Shown piece by piece: positions 8,632 through 17,658 of a DNA stretch of 64,000 nt. Made by a program: the position numbers and the translations under genes. Origin of the DNA: Elusimicrobiota bacterium (GTDB taxonomy: Bacteria; Elusimicrobiota; Elusimicrobia; UBA1565). Position 1 is the stretch's first letter; the number at the start of each line of letters is the position of its first letter. The notes beneath the pieces were generated by a model. The model ran no database searches. It was not told the DNA's origin and worked only from the letters and a program-made list of their open reading frames with translations. The stretch is from NCBI GenBank assembly GCA_016196755.1, contig JACPXC010000023.1, positions 33,363 to 97,362 on the forward strand. Direction: 5' to 3'.

Positions 8632-9599
8632 AGAGCGTCCACGGCGTGCGGGTGGCCGTCGACTGCGACGACCCCGGCACGCGCGACGCGCTGGCCCGGG
8701 ACCTGGCGGGCTTCGGCGAGGCGGCTGCTGGAGAGGCCGACATCACGCTGCGCCTGGAGCGCCGCGCGGGCGCCCCGGCGCGCGGCCCGTGGCGCTGGAG
8801 GGGCGCGCGCTGGAGCGACCGCGGGGGCGAGCGTCTGCTCGACTACGGCGGCGGGGCCGGGGCATCGTGGGACTTCGCGCGCGAGCGCGGCACGGTATGG
8901 GCGCCCGAGCCCGACCTGCTCCACGAGCTGGGGTACTTGTTCCTGCATTCGCGCGTCGGCGCGGCGCTGGACCGCCGAGGCCTGCACCGGGTCCACGCCC
9001 TGGGATTCTCCTGGCGCGGCAAGGGCGGGCTCTTGCTCTTGCCCTCGGGCGGAGGCAAGACCACGCTGGCCCTGGCGCTGGCGGCGCGGCCCGAGTTCGC
9101 CCTGCTCTCCGACGACCTGCCCCTGCTCGGCGCCGACGGCCGGCTGCGCGCGTTCCCCCAGCGCCTCTCTCTTCGCGGCCCCGGCCCCTTCCCGTTCGCG
9201 TCCTCGGTTCTGCGCCCCTTTCGGCGGCGGCGCCACGGAGCCAAGACCCTGCTCGACCTATCCGCCTACCCGGGCCGTCTGGCCGACGCGGCGCCGCTGG
9301 AGTGGCTGGTGGTGGGCTGTCCGGGCCCCGGTCCGACCTTCGCGGCGCGCTGCTCGCGCGCGCGCGCCGCGGCGGCCCTGCTCGACGGTATGGTGCTCGG
9401 GCGCGGCCTGCCCCAAGTCCTAGAGTTGATGGCCCCGCCGCCGCCGTACCGGCGCGGCGCGGCCGCCCTGGCACGCCTGGCCTGGTCCCGCTGGGGGGCC
9501 GCGCGCGCGGCCCTGGCCCGGGCCCGGCCTTTGCTCCTGCGGCTCGGGGCCCGGCCTGGCGACGCGGCGCGCGCGCTGGCCGACGCGCTCTCCTCCTGA
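8628..9599 (+). CDS. HPr-kinase-like P-loop protein
   Basis: RGLHRVHALG, LLLLPSGGGKTTLA (Walker A), LLSDD; GTG overlaps upstream stop. Confidence 0.75.
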   Translation: MKSVHGVRVAVDCDDPGTRDALARDLAGFGEAAAGEADITLRLERRAGAPARGPWRWRGARWSDRGGERLLDYGGGAGASWDFARERGTVWAPEPDLLHELGYLFLHSRVGAALDRRGLHRVHALGFSWRGKGGLLLLPSGGGKTTLALALAARPEFALLSDDLPLLGADGRLRAFPQRLSLRGPGPFPFASSVLRPFRRRRHGAKTLLDLSAYPGRLADAAPLEWLVVGCPGPGPTFAARCSRARAAAALLDGMVLGRGLPQVLELMAPPPPYRRGAAALARLAWSRWGAARAALARARPLLLRLGARPGDAARALADALSS

Positions 9600-10552
9600 T
9601 GCGCGTGGCGCTGGTCGTCCCCGACCGGCGCGACCCCGCCCATGCCGCCGTGCTGCGCGGGCTCGGCGCCGCGCTGCGCGCGCGCGGTCACGCGGTATCC
9701 GCCTGGTCGGGGCATGAGCGGGGACTGGCCCGCCGTCTGCGCGGGGCCGAGGTGGCGCACCTCCACGTCTTTAGCCGGCGCTGGGCCGGTCTGGCCGGCT
9801 TGGCGGCCCCGGGCGGTCCGCCGCTCGTCCTCACGCATCAGGGGGCGTCGCTGGCCTTCACCGACGACGCCGCGGTCTTGGCGGCCCTGCTCGGGCGGGC
9901 CCGCCGCGTGACGGCGGTGTCGCGCGCGGGCCTGCGCGAGCTGCTGCGCGTCCACCCGGGCGTCCGCCGCAAGGCCTCGGTCGTGCCCAACGGGGCGCCG
10001 GTGGGCCCGGCGCCGCGGCGGCGCTCGGACGCCGGCCTTCTGAGTGTCGGCCGCGTAGCGGCGTATAAGGGTCTCGACATCCTCGCGCTGGCCCTGGCGC
10101 GCCTGCGCGAGGAAGGCCTGAGCGCGCGCTGGACCGTCGTGGGCCCCGACCAGACCGGCGGGCGGTTCGCGCGCTTCGTGGAGCGGCTGGGCCTCACGCC
10201 GTACGTCCGTCTGACCGGCGCTCTGCCGCCGGCCCGCGTCCGCGCCCTGATGGCCGGGTGCGGCGTCTTCGTCCAGCCCTCGCGCGCCGAAGGGCTGCCG
10301 ATGGCTCTGCTCGAGGCGATGGCGGCCGGCGCGCCGGTCCTGGCGGCCGATGCCGGCGGCTGCCGCGAGGCCGTGCGCGCGGGCCGCGATGGATTGCTGG
10401 CGGCGCCGGGCGAGCCCGAGGCCTTGGCGCGCGCGCTGCGGCGCCTGTTGGGCGACGGCGCGCTGAGGCGCCGCTTGGGCGCCGCGGCCAAGCGGCGTTC
10501 CTGCGACTTCACCTGGGCGAAGGCCGCCGCGGCCTACGAGCGCATATATTAA
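9599..10552 (+). CDS. Glycosyltransferase family 4
   Basis: MRVALVV, VPNG, VGRVAAYKGLDIL, PSRAEGLPMALLEAMAAG. Confidence 0.9.
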   Translation: MRVALVVPDRRDPAHAAVLRGLGAALRARGHAVSAWSGHERGLARRLRGAEVAHLHVFSRRWAGLAGLAAPGGPPLVLTHQGASLAFTDDAAVLAALLGRARRVTAVSRAGLRELLRVHPGVRRKASVVPNGAPVGPAPRRRSDAGLLSVGRVAAYKGLDILALALARLREEGLSARWTVVGPDQTGGRFARFVERLGLTPYVRLTGALPPARVRALMAGCGVFVQPSRAEGLPMALLEAMAAGAPVLAADAGGCREAVRAGRDGLLAAPGEPEALARALRRLLGDGALRRRLGAAAKRRSCDFTWAKAAAAYERIY

Positions 10553-10588
10553 GGAACGGAGGGCCGACGGCGCCTGACCCAAGTCGCC

Positions 10589-10617
10589 TTGATTCGACCC
10601 TCCTATCCACCTATACT
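10589..10617 (+). promoter_or_regulatory. Sigma70-like promoter of pilin operon
   Basis: TTGATT-17-TATACT. Confidence 0.55.
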
Positions 10618-10637
10618 TGCGGCAGATTGATTTCAGC

Positions 10638-13244
10638 ATGAAATCCCAGCGCTTCCTTGGCGGCCGCCGCGGTTTGAGCTTAGTCGAGCTCATGGTCGCC
10701 GTCAGCATCATCTCGATCGGGGTCCTGGGCTTCGTGGGCTCGTTCCGCTTCATCGCCCACTCGATCAGCGACTCCCGGGCGCGGTCCCTGGCCTCGGCCC
10801 TGGCCCAGGAAAAGGTCGAGAACCTCAAGAACACGCCGTACCAAAAGCTGCTGATCTCCACCAAGACGTTCGCCAACCCCAACTTCGCCCCCCCTACGGT
10901 CTACGACGCCCTCAACTACCCGCCGGAGACCATCAAGGTAGGGGGCATCGAGTTCACGCGCGGGGTCATGGTGTCGTTGACGCGCTTGAGCGGCGACGAC
11001 ATCATCTTGGTCTCGGCCAACTACCCGGACTCGGGCTTGAAGTTCGTGACCGTGTATGTGATGTGGCAGCAGCGCGGCGAATGGAAGATGCTCTACCTCG
11101 ACAACATCTACGAGAACCCTACCGTCACCACCTTGAACGCCGTGCTCAAGGGCGTCGTGACGACCTCCGGCGGCGCCGGCATACCCGGAACCGTCATCGA
11201 GATCCTGGAGAAGTCCGACTGGACCGGGACGGCGGGGACCGGGGGTTCCTACACGTTCCAGGTCTACCCCGGGACCTACTCCGTCCACGCCTCCTCGGCC
11301 GGCCACTACGACTCCACGGTGAGCGGCGTCGTCCTCAACGACGGCGCGATCACGACCACGGACCTGACCCTGACGCCGATCGCCTCCGGGACGGTCACCG
11401 GGCTGGTCTACATCTCGACGAACCTCCTCATCAGCCAGGTCTCGGCGGGCAGCGTCACCTTCGCGGGCGACGTGGTCGTCTCCACGGTGGAGTACGTCGA
11501 GCTCTTCAACCCGACGAGCCACTTCTTCAACATCGCCGCCGGGTCGAGCGGGACCCTGCTCGCGTATTACGACGAGCAGTCCGGCGCCAATAAGACCAAC
11601 GCCGATTTCAGCTGGGTCTACGTCACGACCTACGTGGCCCCCAGCGCCTACTACCTCATGGCCAGCGCGTCGTGGTTCTACCTCGGCTCGGGCCAGTTCG
11701 GCAACAACGCGCCGGGGCGCTGGGTGCGCGCCGACGCCTATTACGGGACGATGCACAGCAACTATATCCGCAACGACAAGGCCGGGGCGGTCCGGATCTC
11801 CGACGCCATGAGCGGCCGGACCTACGATACGGTGGGCTGGGACGACTCGGACCACACCGCCCCGCTCTACGAGGGGCGCTCGATCCAGTCCACCTGCGGC
11901 GTCCAGGACGGCCTGCAGTGCGGGGACCAGGTCCTGCGCATCTCGAGCGCTCCCGACACGCTCAGCGGCGGCCTCTACGGCCCGTCCTACGACTCCAACG
12001 ACAACCGGCGCGACTTCCTCTACCGGACCGCGGTCTGCGGGGCGGTCGGCCCGGTCTGGGCCAAGGCGCCGACCTCCACCTTCGGGTCGACGTCGACGGT
12101 CATCGCCGGGACCCCGGCCGTCGGGGCCAACGTCACCTCCAACGACCTCATAAGCCCGAGCACCGTGGCCTATCTGCGTTATTACTCCTCGGCATACGCC
12201 TCGCGCGGCAGCCTGCCGGTAGCCCAGTTCATCTTAAACGGCGTGGCCACCGGCACCTGGTCGATGCTGGTCTCTAGCGGCGGCCATTACTCCGACATGG
12301 GCAACGTAACGGTCTATTCCGGCGCCAGCACGGGGGCGGCCAACGGCTCGACGTCTCCGACCTGGATCATGCCGGGCTGGGCCAACGTCTACCTGGCCAC
12401 CCCGACCGACGGCGGCTATATCGGCGGGCTCATCACCAACGCCGCCAACCAGCCGTTGTCGGGGATAACGGTCATCGCGGGGGGCATCTCGCGCACCACC
12501 GGCGCCAACGGGCGCTACTTCGCCTCCGTGGCGGTGGGCCCGGCTACCGTGGTGGTCAACCCCGGCAACGCGGCTTCCGCGTACGCGGAGTTCGTGGCCC
12601 TGCCCAACATCTCCGAAGGCGAGTTGACCACCCAGAACGCCATCCTCACCCAGGCCGGCGTGCTCAGCGGCTTCATCACCTCGGACGGCACCTCGGCCAT
12701 GCCCAACATCGAGGTCACCGCCACCCGCAACGGGGTGCAGTTCGCCGCCGCCGTCACGGATACCTCGGGCCACTTCTACGTCAAGAACCTATCCACCGGG
12801 ACCTACGACATCAAGCCGGTGCTCGATCCCCTCGAGGTGGTGACGCCGTCCTCGATCACGGTCTCGGTCCTTGCCGCCCAAACGGTGGCCGTCGGCACTT
12901 TCACGGTCTCCGGGGCGCAGGGGAAGGTGGCCGGCAGCGTCACCTACGCGGGGGCTACCCTGACGACCGGGGCGCTCATCCTGGTATCGACCATCTCCTT
13001 GTCCAACCTCCCGCCCCAGATCGTGGCCTCCTCGGCGGCGGCGCAGGGCGTCATCTACGCCGCCTCCAGCAAGGCCGACGGCACCTATGAGGTCGAGGTG
13101 CGCGGCTCGACATCGACGGCCTACCGCGTCCACGCCTACGTGCCGGTGACCGGCCCAGCCGACGTGACGACCACCCAGCAGGTGACCACCGGGGTCATGG
13201 TCTACTCGACGAAGACCACGACGGTCAACATCGTGATCCCATGA
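10638..13244 (+). CDS. Very large prepilin-type protein with carboxypeptidase-regulatory-like beta-sandwich repeats and a lamin-tail-like domain
   Basis: RRG|LSLVELMVAV prepilin motif; repeated 'G.V...G.P..G..V...T...G.Y' units; 'LISQV...EYVELFNPT...DTVGW'. Confidence 0.8.
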   Translation: MKSQRFLGGRRGLSLVELMVAVSIISIGVLGFVGSFRFIAHSISDSRARSLASALAQEKVENLKNTPYQKLLISTKTFANPNFAPPTVYDALNYPPETIKVGGIEFTRGVMVSLTRLSGDDIILVSANYPDSGLKFVTVYVMWQQRGEWKMLYLDNIYENPTVTTLNAVLKGVVTTSGGAGIPGTVIEILEKSDWTGTAGTGGSYTFQVYPGTYSVHASSAGHYDSTVSGVVLNDGAITTTDLTLTPIASGTVTGLVYISTNLLISQVSAGSVTFAGDVVVSTVEYVELFNPTSHFFNIAAGSSGTLLAYYDEQSGANKTNADFSWVYVTTYVAPSAYYLMASASWFYLGSGQFGNNAPGRWVRADAYYGTMHSNYIRNDKAGAVRISDAMSGRTYDTVGWDDSDHTAPLYEGRSIQSTCGVQDGLQCGDQVLRISSAPDTLSGGLYGPSYDSNDNRRDFLYRTAVCGAVGPVWAKAPTSTFGSTSTVIAGTPAVGANVTSNDLISPSTVAYLRYYSSAYASRGSLPVAQFILNGVATGTWSMLVSSGGHYSDMGNVTVYSGASTGAANGSTSPTWIMPGWANVYLATPTDGGYIGGLITNAANQPLSGITVIAGGISRTTGANGRYFASVAVGPATVVVNPGNAASAYAEFVALPNISEGELTTQNAILTQAGVLSGFITSDGTSAMPNIEVTATRNGVQFAAAVTDTSGHFYVKNLSTGTYDIKPVLDPLEVVTPSSITVSVLAAQTVAVGTFTVSGAQGKVAGSVTYAGATLTTGALILVSTISLSNLPPQIVASSAAAQGVIYAASSKADGTYEVEVRGSTSTAYRVHAYVPVTGPADVTTTQQVTTGVMVYSTKTTTVNIVIP

Positions 13245-13729
13245 ACAGCGAGCGCGGCTACAGCCTCGTCGAGATCATGCTGGTGGTGACCATCATCGGC
13301 GTGATCGCCATGGTGGGCCCCCGCCTCATGGTGCAGCTGCAGAACTTCTACCTGCAGACCACGGCCCGCGCCGAGATCCAGCGCGACGCGCGCTCCACGG
13401 TGGACGTCATCAACCGCTTCCTGCGCCAAGGCAAGTACCGCACGATCATCATCGACTCGCCGGCCACCCAGGGTCCGTACTCGCGCATCCGCTTCACCCA
13501 TGTAGACGGCCGCAACTTCGAGTTCAGCCAGAGCGGCAGCAAGCTGCTCCAGAAGGTCGACGGGGTGACGACCACCCTCTCGCGCAACCTCATGTACCTG
13601 GCCTTCACCTTCCCGCGCTCCGACTACCCGCGGCTGGTCAGCGTGTCGATCACGATGCAGAAGTCGACCTACAAGGGCGAGAAGAGGGCTCTGGAGCTGA
13701 CCGTGCAGAAGATCCGGGTGATGAACTGA
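13241..13729 (+). CDS. Prepilin-type minor pilin (PilW/GspJ-like)
   Basis: ERG|YSLVEIMLVVTIIG N-methylation motif. Confidence 0.85.
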   Translation: MNSERGYSLVEIMLVVTIIGVIAMVGPRLMVQLQNFYLQTTARAEIQRDARSTVDVINRFLRQGKYRTIIIDSPATQGPYSRIRFTHVDGRNFEFSQSGSKLLQKVDGVTTTLSRNLMYLAFTFPRSDYPRLVSVSITMQKSTYKGEKRALELTVQKIRVMN

Positions 13730-13730
13730 C

Positions 13731-15014
13731 ATGCCAGGCATGCGGCGCGGTAAGCGCGGATCGGTGGTGGTGATGGCCATACTGCTGTTGGCCCTCATGG
13801 GCATCCTCGTCCCCGTGATGGTCCTCTTTACGCTGCGCGAGACCAAATGGGCGGTCAAGGGCGGACAGGCCACCGGGGCCTTCCACGAGGCCGAGGCCGG
13901 CATCGAGAAGGGCTACCGCGCCATCTCGACCTCGACCGGCGTCTGGTACGCTCTGATAGAGGAAGGCACGGGGATCCCCAATTTCCTCTACGACCATAAG
14001 TTCGACGACGTCAACAACGGCTACTACGTGGTCGGCATCTCCAGCGGGCCGGGCGACAAGCAAGCCACTATAATCGCGATCGCCAAGAGCTACCTGGGCG
14101 AGGAGGTGCGCGCCATCAAGGCCGTCTATCAGCAGAACACCATGGGCGACATCGCCATCCAGGCCATGAGCGGGGTGAGCGTGGCGGGGGGCGTCGACGT
14201 GGAATGGGGGGCCGTCGTGGGAGCCGGCTATATCGACACCGGCGACCGCACCTATCCTCAGTTCCATTCCGCGGCGGGCCTTAGCGTCGACAACGACCCC
14301 GCCCCGGAGAACTGCGACCAGCCCAACTGCTGGCAGTGGTTCGCCTTCGACCCCGACGTGCCGGCTGACCCTGAGATCAACCTGGCCCTCTACCGTTCCT
14401 CGGCCCAGGTGATCAGCGCCGCCTGCCCGTCGGGCGGCACCCCGGAGGGCAGCTGCTACTACAATACGCCGCAGTCTTGGAGCAGCTACGACTACACCGG
14501 CGGCGGCACCGTCTTCGTGGAGAACAACCTCACGGTCGGCGCGCCGGGCGTCAACATCACCGGAAACCTGATCGTCACCGGCAACCTGTCGACTACCAGC
14601 GGCGGCTGGGGGAAAGGCTCGGGGTCGATGAGGATCCCGCAGACGGCCTGGAAGCAATACGGAAACGACTGGGCCCACTACCGGCCGTTCGACACCGCCG
14701 AGCCGGACACCTTCCCCGGTCTGGACTCCACCTATCTTTCGGCTTCCAACCTGACCTACACTCCCAGCCCGGACGGCAAGACCGCCATCCGCGGCTTCAT
14801 CTACGTCGGCGGGGCGTTCTCGACCTCGGGCGGCGGCGGCAACGCCTACATCTACGGCACGATGTTCTCCAAGGGCTCGGTCAGCGTGGCCGCCAACTCC
14901 GGGGTGACCGTCTACTACAACAAGGAAGCCGCCAACGGCATCCACACCAAGCGCGTCATCCTGAGCCGGGTCTCCTGGCAGGACGTCCTGCGCCAGTGGC
15001 CGGCCGGCCTATAG
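13731..15014 (+). CDS. PilX/GspK-like minor pilin with beta-helix-like C-terminus
   Basis: KRG|SVVVMAILL lacking E5; AFHEAEAGIE; C-terminal 'IYG...V.VYY...VSWQ'. Confidence 0.8.
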   Translation: MPGMRRGKRGSVVVMAILLLALMGILVPVMVLFTLRETKWAVKGGQATGAFHEAEAGIEKGYRAISTSTGVWYALIEEGTGIPNFLYDHKFDDVNNGYYVVGISSGPGDKQATIIAIAKSYLGEEVRAIKAVYQQNTMGDIAIQAMSGVSVAGGVDVEWGAVVGAGYIDTGDRTYPQFHSAAGLSVDNDPAPENCDQPNCWQWFAFDPDVPADPEINLALYRSSAQVISAACPSGGTPEGSCYYNTPQSWSSYDYTGGGTVFVENNLTVGAPGVNITGNLIVTGNLSTTSGGWGKGSGSMRIPQTAWKQYGNDWAHYRPFDTAEPDTFPGLDSTYLSASNLTYTPSPDGKTAIRGFIYVGGAFSTSGGGGNAYIYGTMFSKGSVSVAANSGVTVYYNKEAANGIHTKRVILSRVSWQDVLRQWPAGL

Positions 15015-16061
15015 CGCGGCCAAGGAGAGGAAGAAGAAGACCATAAGCGCGGCGGCGGCCGGCAGGCCGACCTTGGCCCAGGCCCGGGCCGAGATGCCCA
15101 GCTTGTGCGCGGCGACCAGGTTCTGGGCGTCCCCGGTCAGCACCGCGCTGCCGGCGGCCAAGACGCCGAGGAAGAGATGGCGCAGCTGGTCCTGGCCCAT
15201 CGACGGGGAGACCTCCAGGGTGACCAGGGCCGCGTTCTCGGTCACGGCGGCGGCGGCGTTGGCCCAGAAGAGCGCCGCGGGATGCAGGCCGAGGAACAGG
15301 CGCTCTATGAGCGGCAGGAGGCCCGCGCCGAGGAGCACGAGCCCGGCCGTGAAGACGAACAGGCGCGCGGTCAGGACCAGGAGGTTCCAAAGGCTAAGCG
15401 GGTCGTCGGGCACCGGCTTGGCTGCCGGGTCGGCCTCGCCGCAGAGCACGGCTGCTCCGGCCGCCAAGGCCAGCAGGCCCGGCACGGCCCAGGGCCCGAC
15501 CAGTTCGAGGAGGAAGCCGCGGCCTACGGGATAGGCCGCCCCGGAAAGCTTCGCGATCAGCACCGCCGAGGCCGGGCCGCCCAGGGGGCCGAGGCCCGAA
15601 CCCAAGCCCACGCCGAGGCTGCCGAGGACGGCCGCCTCGCCGCGGCGGCCGGCCTCGAGCGGCAGGGCGGCGAGGATCTCGACGAGCATGAGGATCGCCA
15701 CTGGCGCGGTGACGATAGGTGCGGCCAGGCTCGACAGCGACACGGCGCCGAAGACGGCCGCGCGCTGGCCGAGCCGGCCGGCGGCGCGCGCCACCAGCGA
15801 GCGCAGGGGCCGGTGGAGCAGAGAGAACGCCAGCGCGCCGGCCACCAGCGCTCCGCAGAGCGCGGCGGCGCGGCCCAAGGCGGCGAGGACGACGGTCTCG
15901 CTCCAGCCCCAGCCGACGGTAAGCGCCGCGACGCCTAAGCCCAGGACCAGCCACTCCATCTTTTCCTCGAGCCGCGGCGAGAGCAGCGGTCCCGCTATGG
16001 CCCAGAAGGCGCAGAGGACGAGGACGGCGTCGGTGAAGGACGGCACGGGCCATCTTATCAA
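15009..16061 (-). CDS. Polytopic membrane protein, DUF1646/IT-superfamily-like
   Basis: About 10 hydrophobic segments; LEEKME, GSGLGPLGGP, ENAALVTLEVSP. Confidence 0.65.
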   Translation of the reverse strand: MIRWPVPSFTDAVLVLCAFWAIAGPLLSPRLEEKMEWLVLGLGVAALTVGWGWSETVVLAALGRAAALCGALVAGALAFSLLHRPLRSLVARAAGRLGQRAAVFGAVSLSSLAAPIVTAPVAILMLVEILAALPLEAGRRGEAAVLGSLGVGLGSGLGPLGGPASAVLIAKLSGAAYPVGRGFLLELVGPWAVPGLLALAAGAAVLCGEADPAAKPVPDDPLSLWNLLVLTARLFVFTAGLVLLGAGLLPLIERLFLGLHPAALFWANAAAAVTENAALVTLEVSPSMGQDQLRHLFLGVLAAGSAVLTGDAQNLVAAHKLGISARAWAKVGLPAAAALMVFFFLSLAAL

Positions 16062-16086
16062 TTCGATTTGGTAGGCTCACCCGGCG

Positions 16087-17658
16087 ATGAGCGCTCCCCG
16101 GCTCGAGGCCCTCAAGGACTGGGCCGCGCGCGCCTGCGTCCTCCCGATCCTCGCCGCCCCGGTCTCGAACCCCGACCTGTTCTGGCACCTCAACGCGGCC
16201 CGCCGCATCCTGGAGGAGGGCCGTCTGCCGCGCTATGACAGCTGGTCGTTCACGCGCCTTGGCGCCCCTTGGGTCGATTTCGAATGGGCGTTCCAACTCT
16301 CGGCCTACGCGGTCCATGAGTCGGCCGGCTGGGGCGGGCTCTGGGCGCTCAAGGCCCTGCTCTGGACGCTCTGCGCGGCGCTCGTCGAACTCCTGGGACG
16401 GCTATCGGGCGGGGCCGCGCGCGGGCGGCTCCTGCTCGTCTTCTGGGCCGCGATGAGCCTCGGGCGCGCCGAGCTCAAGCCCGAGCTTTTCTCGGCCGTG
16501 TTCTTCCTGGCCGGACTATGGCGGCTGGAGGCCGGCCGCCGCGGGCTCCTCGAGACGCCGCGACCGGCGCGCGCCGCCCTCGCGGCGGCGGCCACCTTCG
16601 CGCTGTGGGCGAATCTCCACCCAGGATTTGCGGGCGGCCTGGGCCTGCTGGCGGTCTACGCCGCGCTCTCGTCGGGCCCGCAGCGCCGGGCGCTGGCCGC
16701 GGCCGCGGCGGCAGGCGCGGCCGCCACTCTGCTCAACCCCTACGGCTGGGGCGTCTGGGCCGTCCTGGCCGACCATGCGCGCCACGCCGGCCTGCTTTCA
16801 CGGCACATCCTCGAATGGAGGGCGCTGAGCGCCGCGCATCCCATGCACTGGCCCGCGCTGGCGGTGCTGGGGGCGGCCGCGGCGGCCTCGGCGGCCGACC
16901 GAGCGCTATCGCGAGGAAGTGCCGCCTCCGGGTCCGTGGGGGCGGCCGACCGAGCGCTATCGCGAGGAAGTGCCGCCTCCGGGTCCGTGGGGGCGGCCGT
17001 CCTCGCGCCGCGGCGCGCGCGCTTTTCCGCTCTCGAGGCGTCGGCGTGGGTCTGGGGCTTGGCGGCCCTCCGGCAGGCGCGCCACATGACCTATGCCGGG
17101 CCGCTGGCGGGCCTTGCTCTGCTCGAGTCCTCGACCGCGCTGGCCGACCGTATGGGGCTGTCCCCCGCGCGACGTCGGGTCGTCGCGGCCTGCGCGGCGC
17201 TGGCCGCGGCGGGTTTCCTGGCTCAGAAAGCGGCGGTCCTCTGCCTGCCCCTGCGCGCGGTCGAACTCGGTCTGTTCCCGGTCCGGGCCGCCGAGTTCGT
17301 CGCGGCGGACGGCGAGTTCCGCCGCCGGCGCCTCTTCAACGAGTGGGGGTGGGGCGGCTATCTGGCCTGGCGGCTGGGGCCCGACACGCGGGTCTTCATG
17401 GACGGGCGCTACCTGTTCCACGGCCTTCTGGGGACCGTGTTCGACGCGGCCCGCTCCCCCGCGACCTGGCGGGACCTCCTCGACGGGTGGGGGATCGAGT
17501 GGGCGATGGTGACCGACGAGTCGCGCGGCGGCTTCGAGCCGTTCGAGTGGGCGCTGGTCTACCGCGACCCCGCGGCGCGAGTCTACGTCCGGCGCGGCGC
17601 CTTCTCGAACGCCTGGATACGTGAGCGCGAGGTCCCGGTCCCGCGCGGCAAACGGTAG
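16087..17658 (+). CDS. Integral membrane protein, GT-C-like
   Basis: DLFWHL...DSWSFT...WVDFEW, LWANLHPGF, LLNPYG, WGGYL..VFMDGR; contains an in-frame 17-aa tandem duplication. Confidence 0.75.
   Translation: MSAPRLEALKDWAARACVLPILAAPVSNPDLFWHLNAARRILEEGRLPRYDSWSFTRLGAPWVDFEWAFQLSAYAVHESAGWGGLWALKALLWTLCAALVELLGRLSGGAARGRLLLVFWAAMSLGRAELKPELFSAVFFLAGLWRLEAGRRGLLETPRPARAALAAAATFALWANLHPGFAGGLGLLAVYAALSSGPQRRALAAAAAAGAAATLLNPYGWGVWAVLADHARHAGLLSRHILEWRALSAAHPMHWPALAVLGAAAAASAADRALSRGSAASGSVGAADRALSRGSAASGSVGAAVLAPRRARFSALEASAWVWGLAALRQARHMTYAGPLAGLALLESSTALADRMGLSPARRRVVAACAALAAAGFLAQKAAVLCLPLRAVELGLFPVRAAEFVAADGEFRRRRLFNEWGWGGYLAWRLGPDTRVFMDGRYLFHGLLGTVFDAARSPATWRDLLDGWGIEWAMVTDESRGGFEPFEWALVYRDPAARVYVRRGAFSNAWIREREVPVPRGKR
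16890..16999 (+). repeat. Tandem pair of a 51-bp repeat element, in frame in CDS
   Basis: GGCGGCCGACCGAGCGCTATCGCGAGGAAGTGCCGCCTCCGGGTCCGTGGG x2; third copy inverted at ~62560-62613. Confidence 0.9.

Noticed and set aside
16890-16999. CRISPR array
   Set aside because: Two contiguous identical units with no spacers, inside a CDS, and no cas genes.
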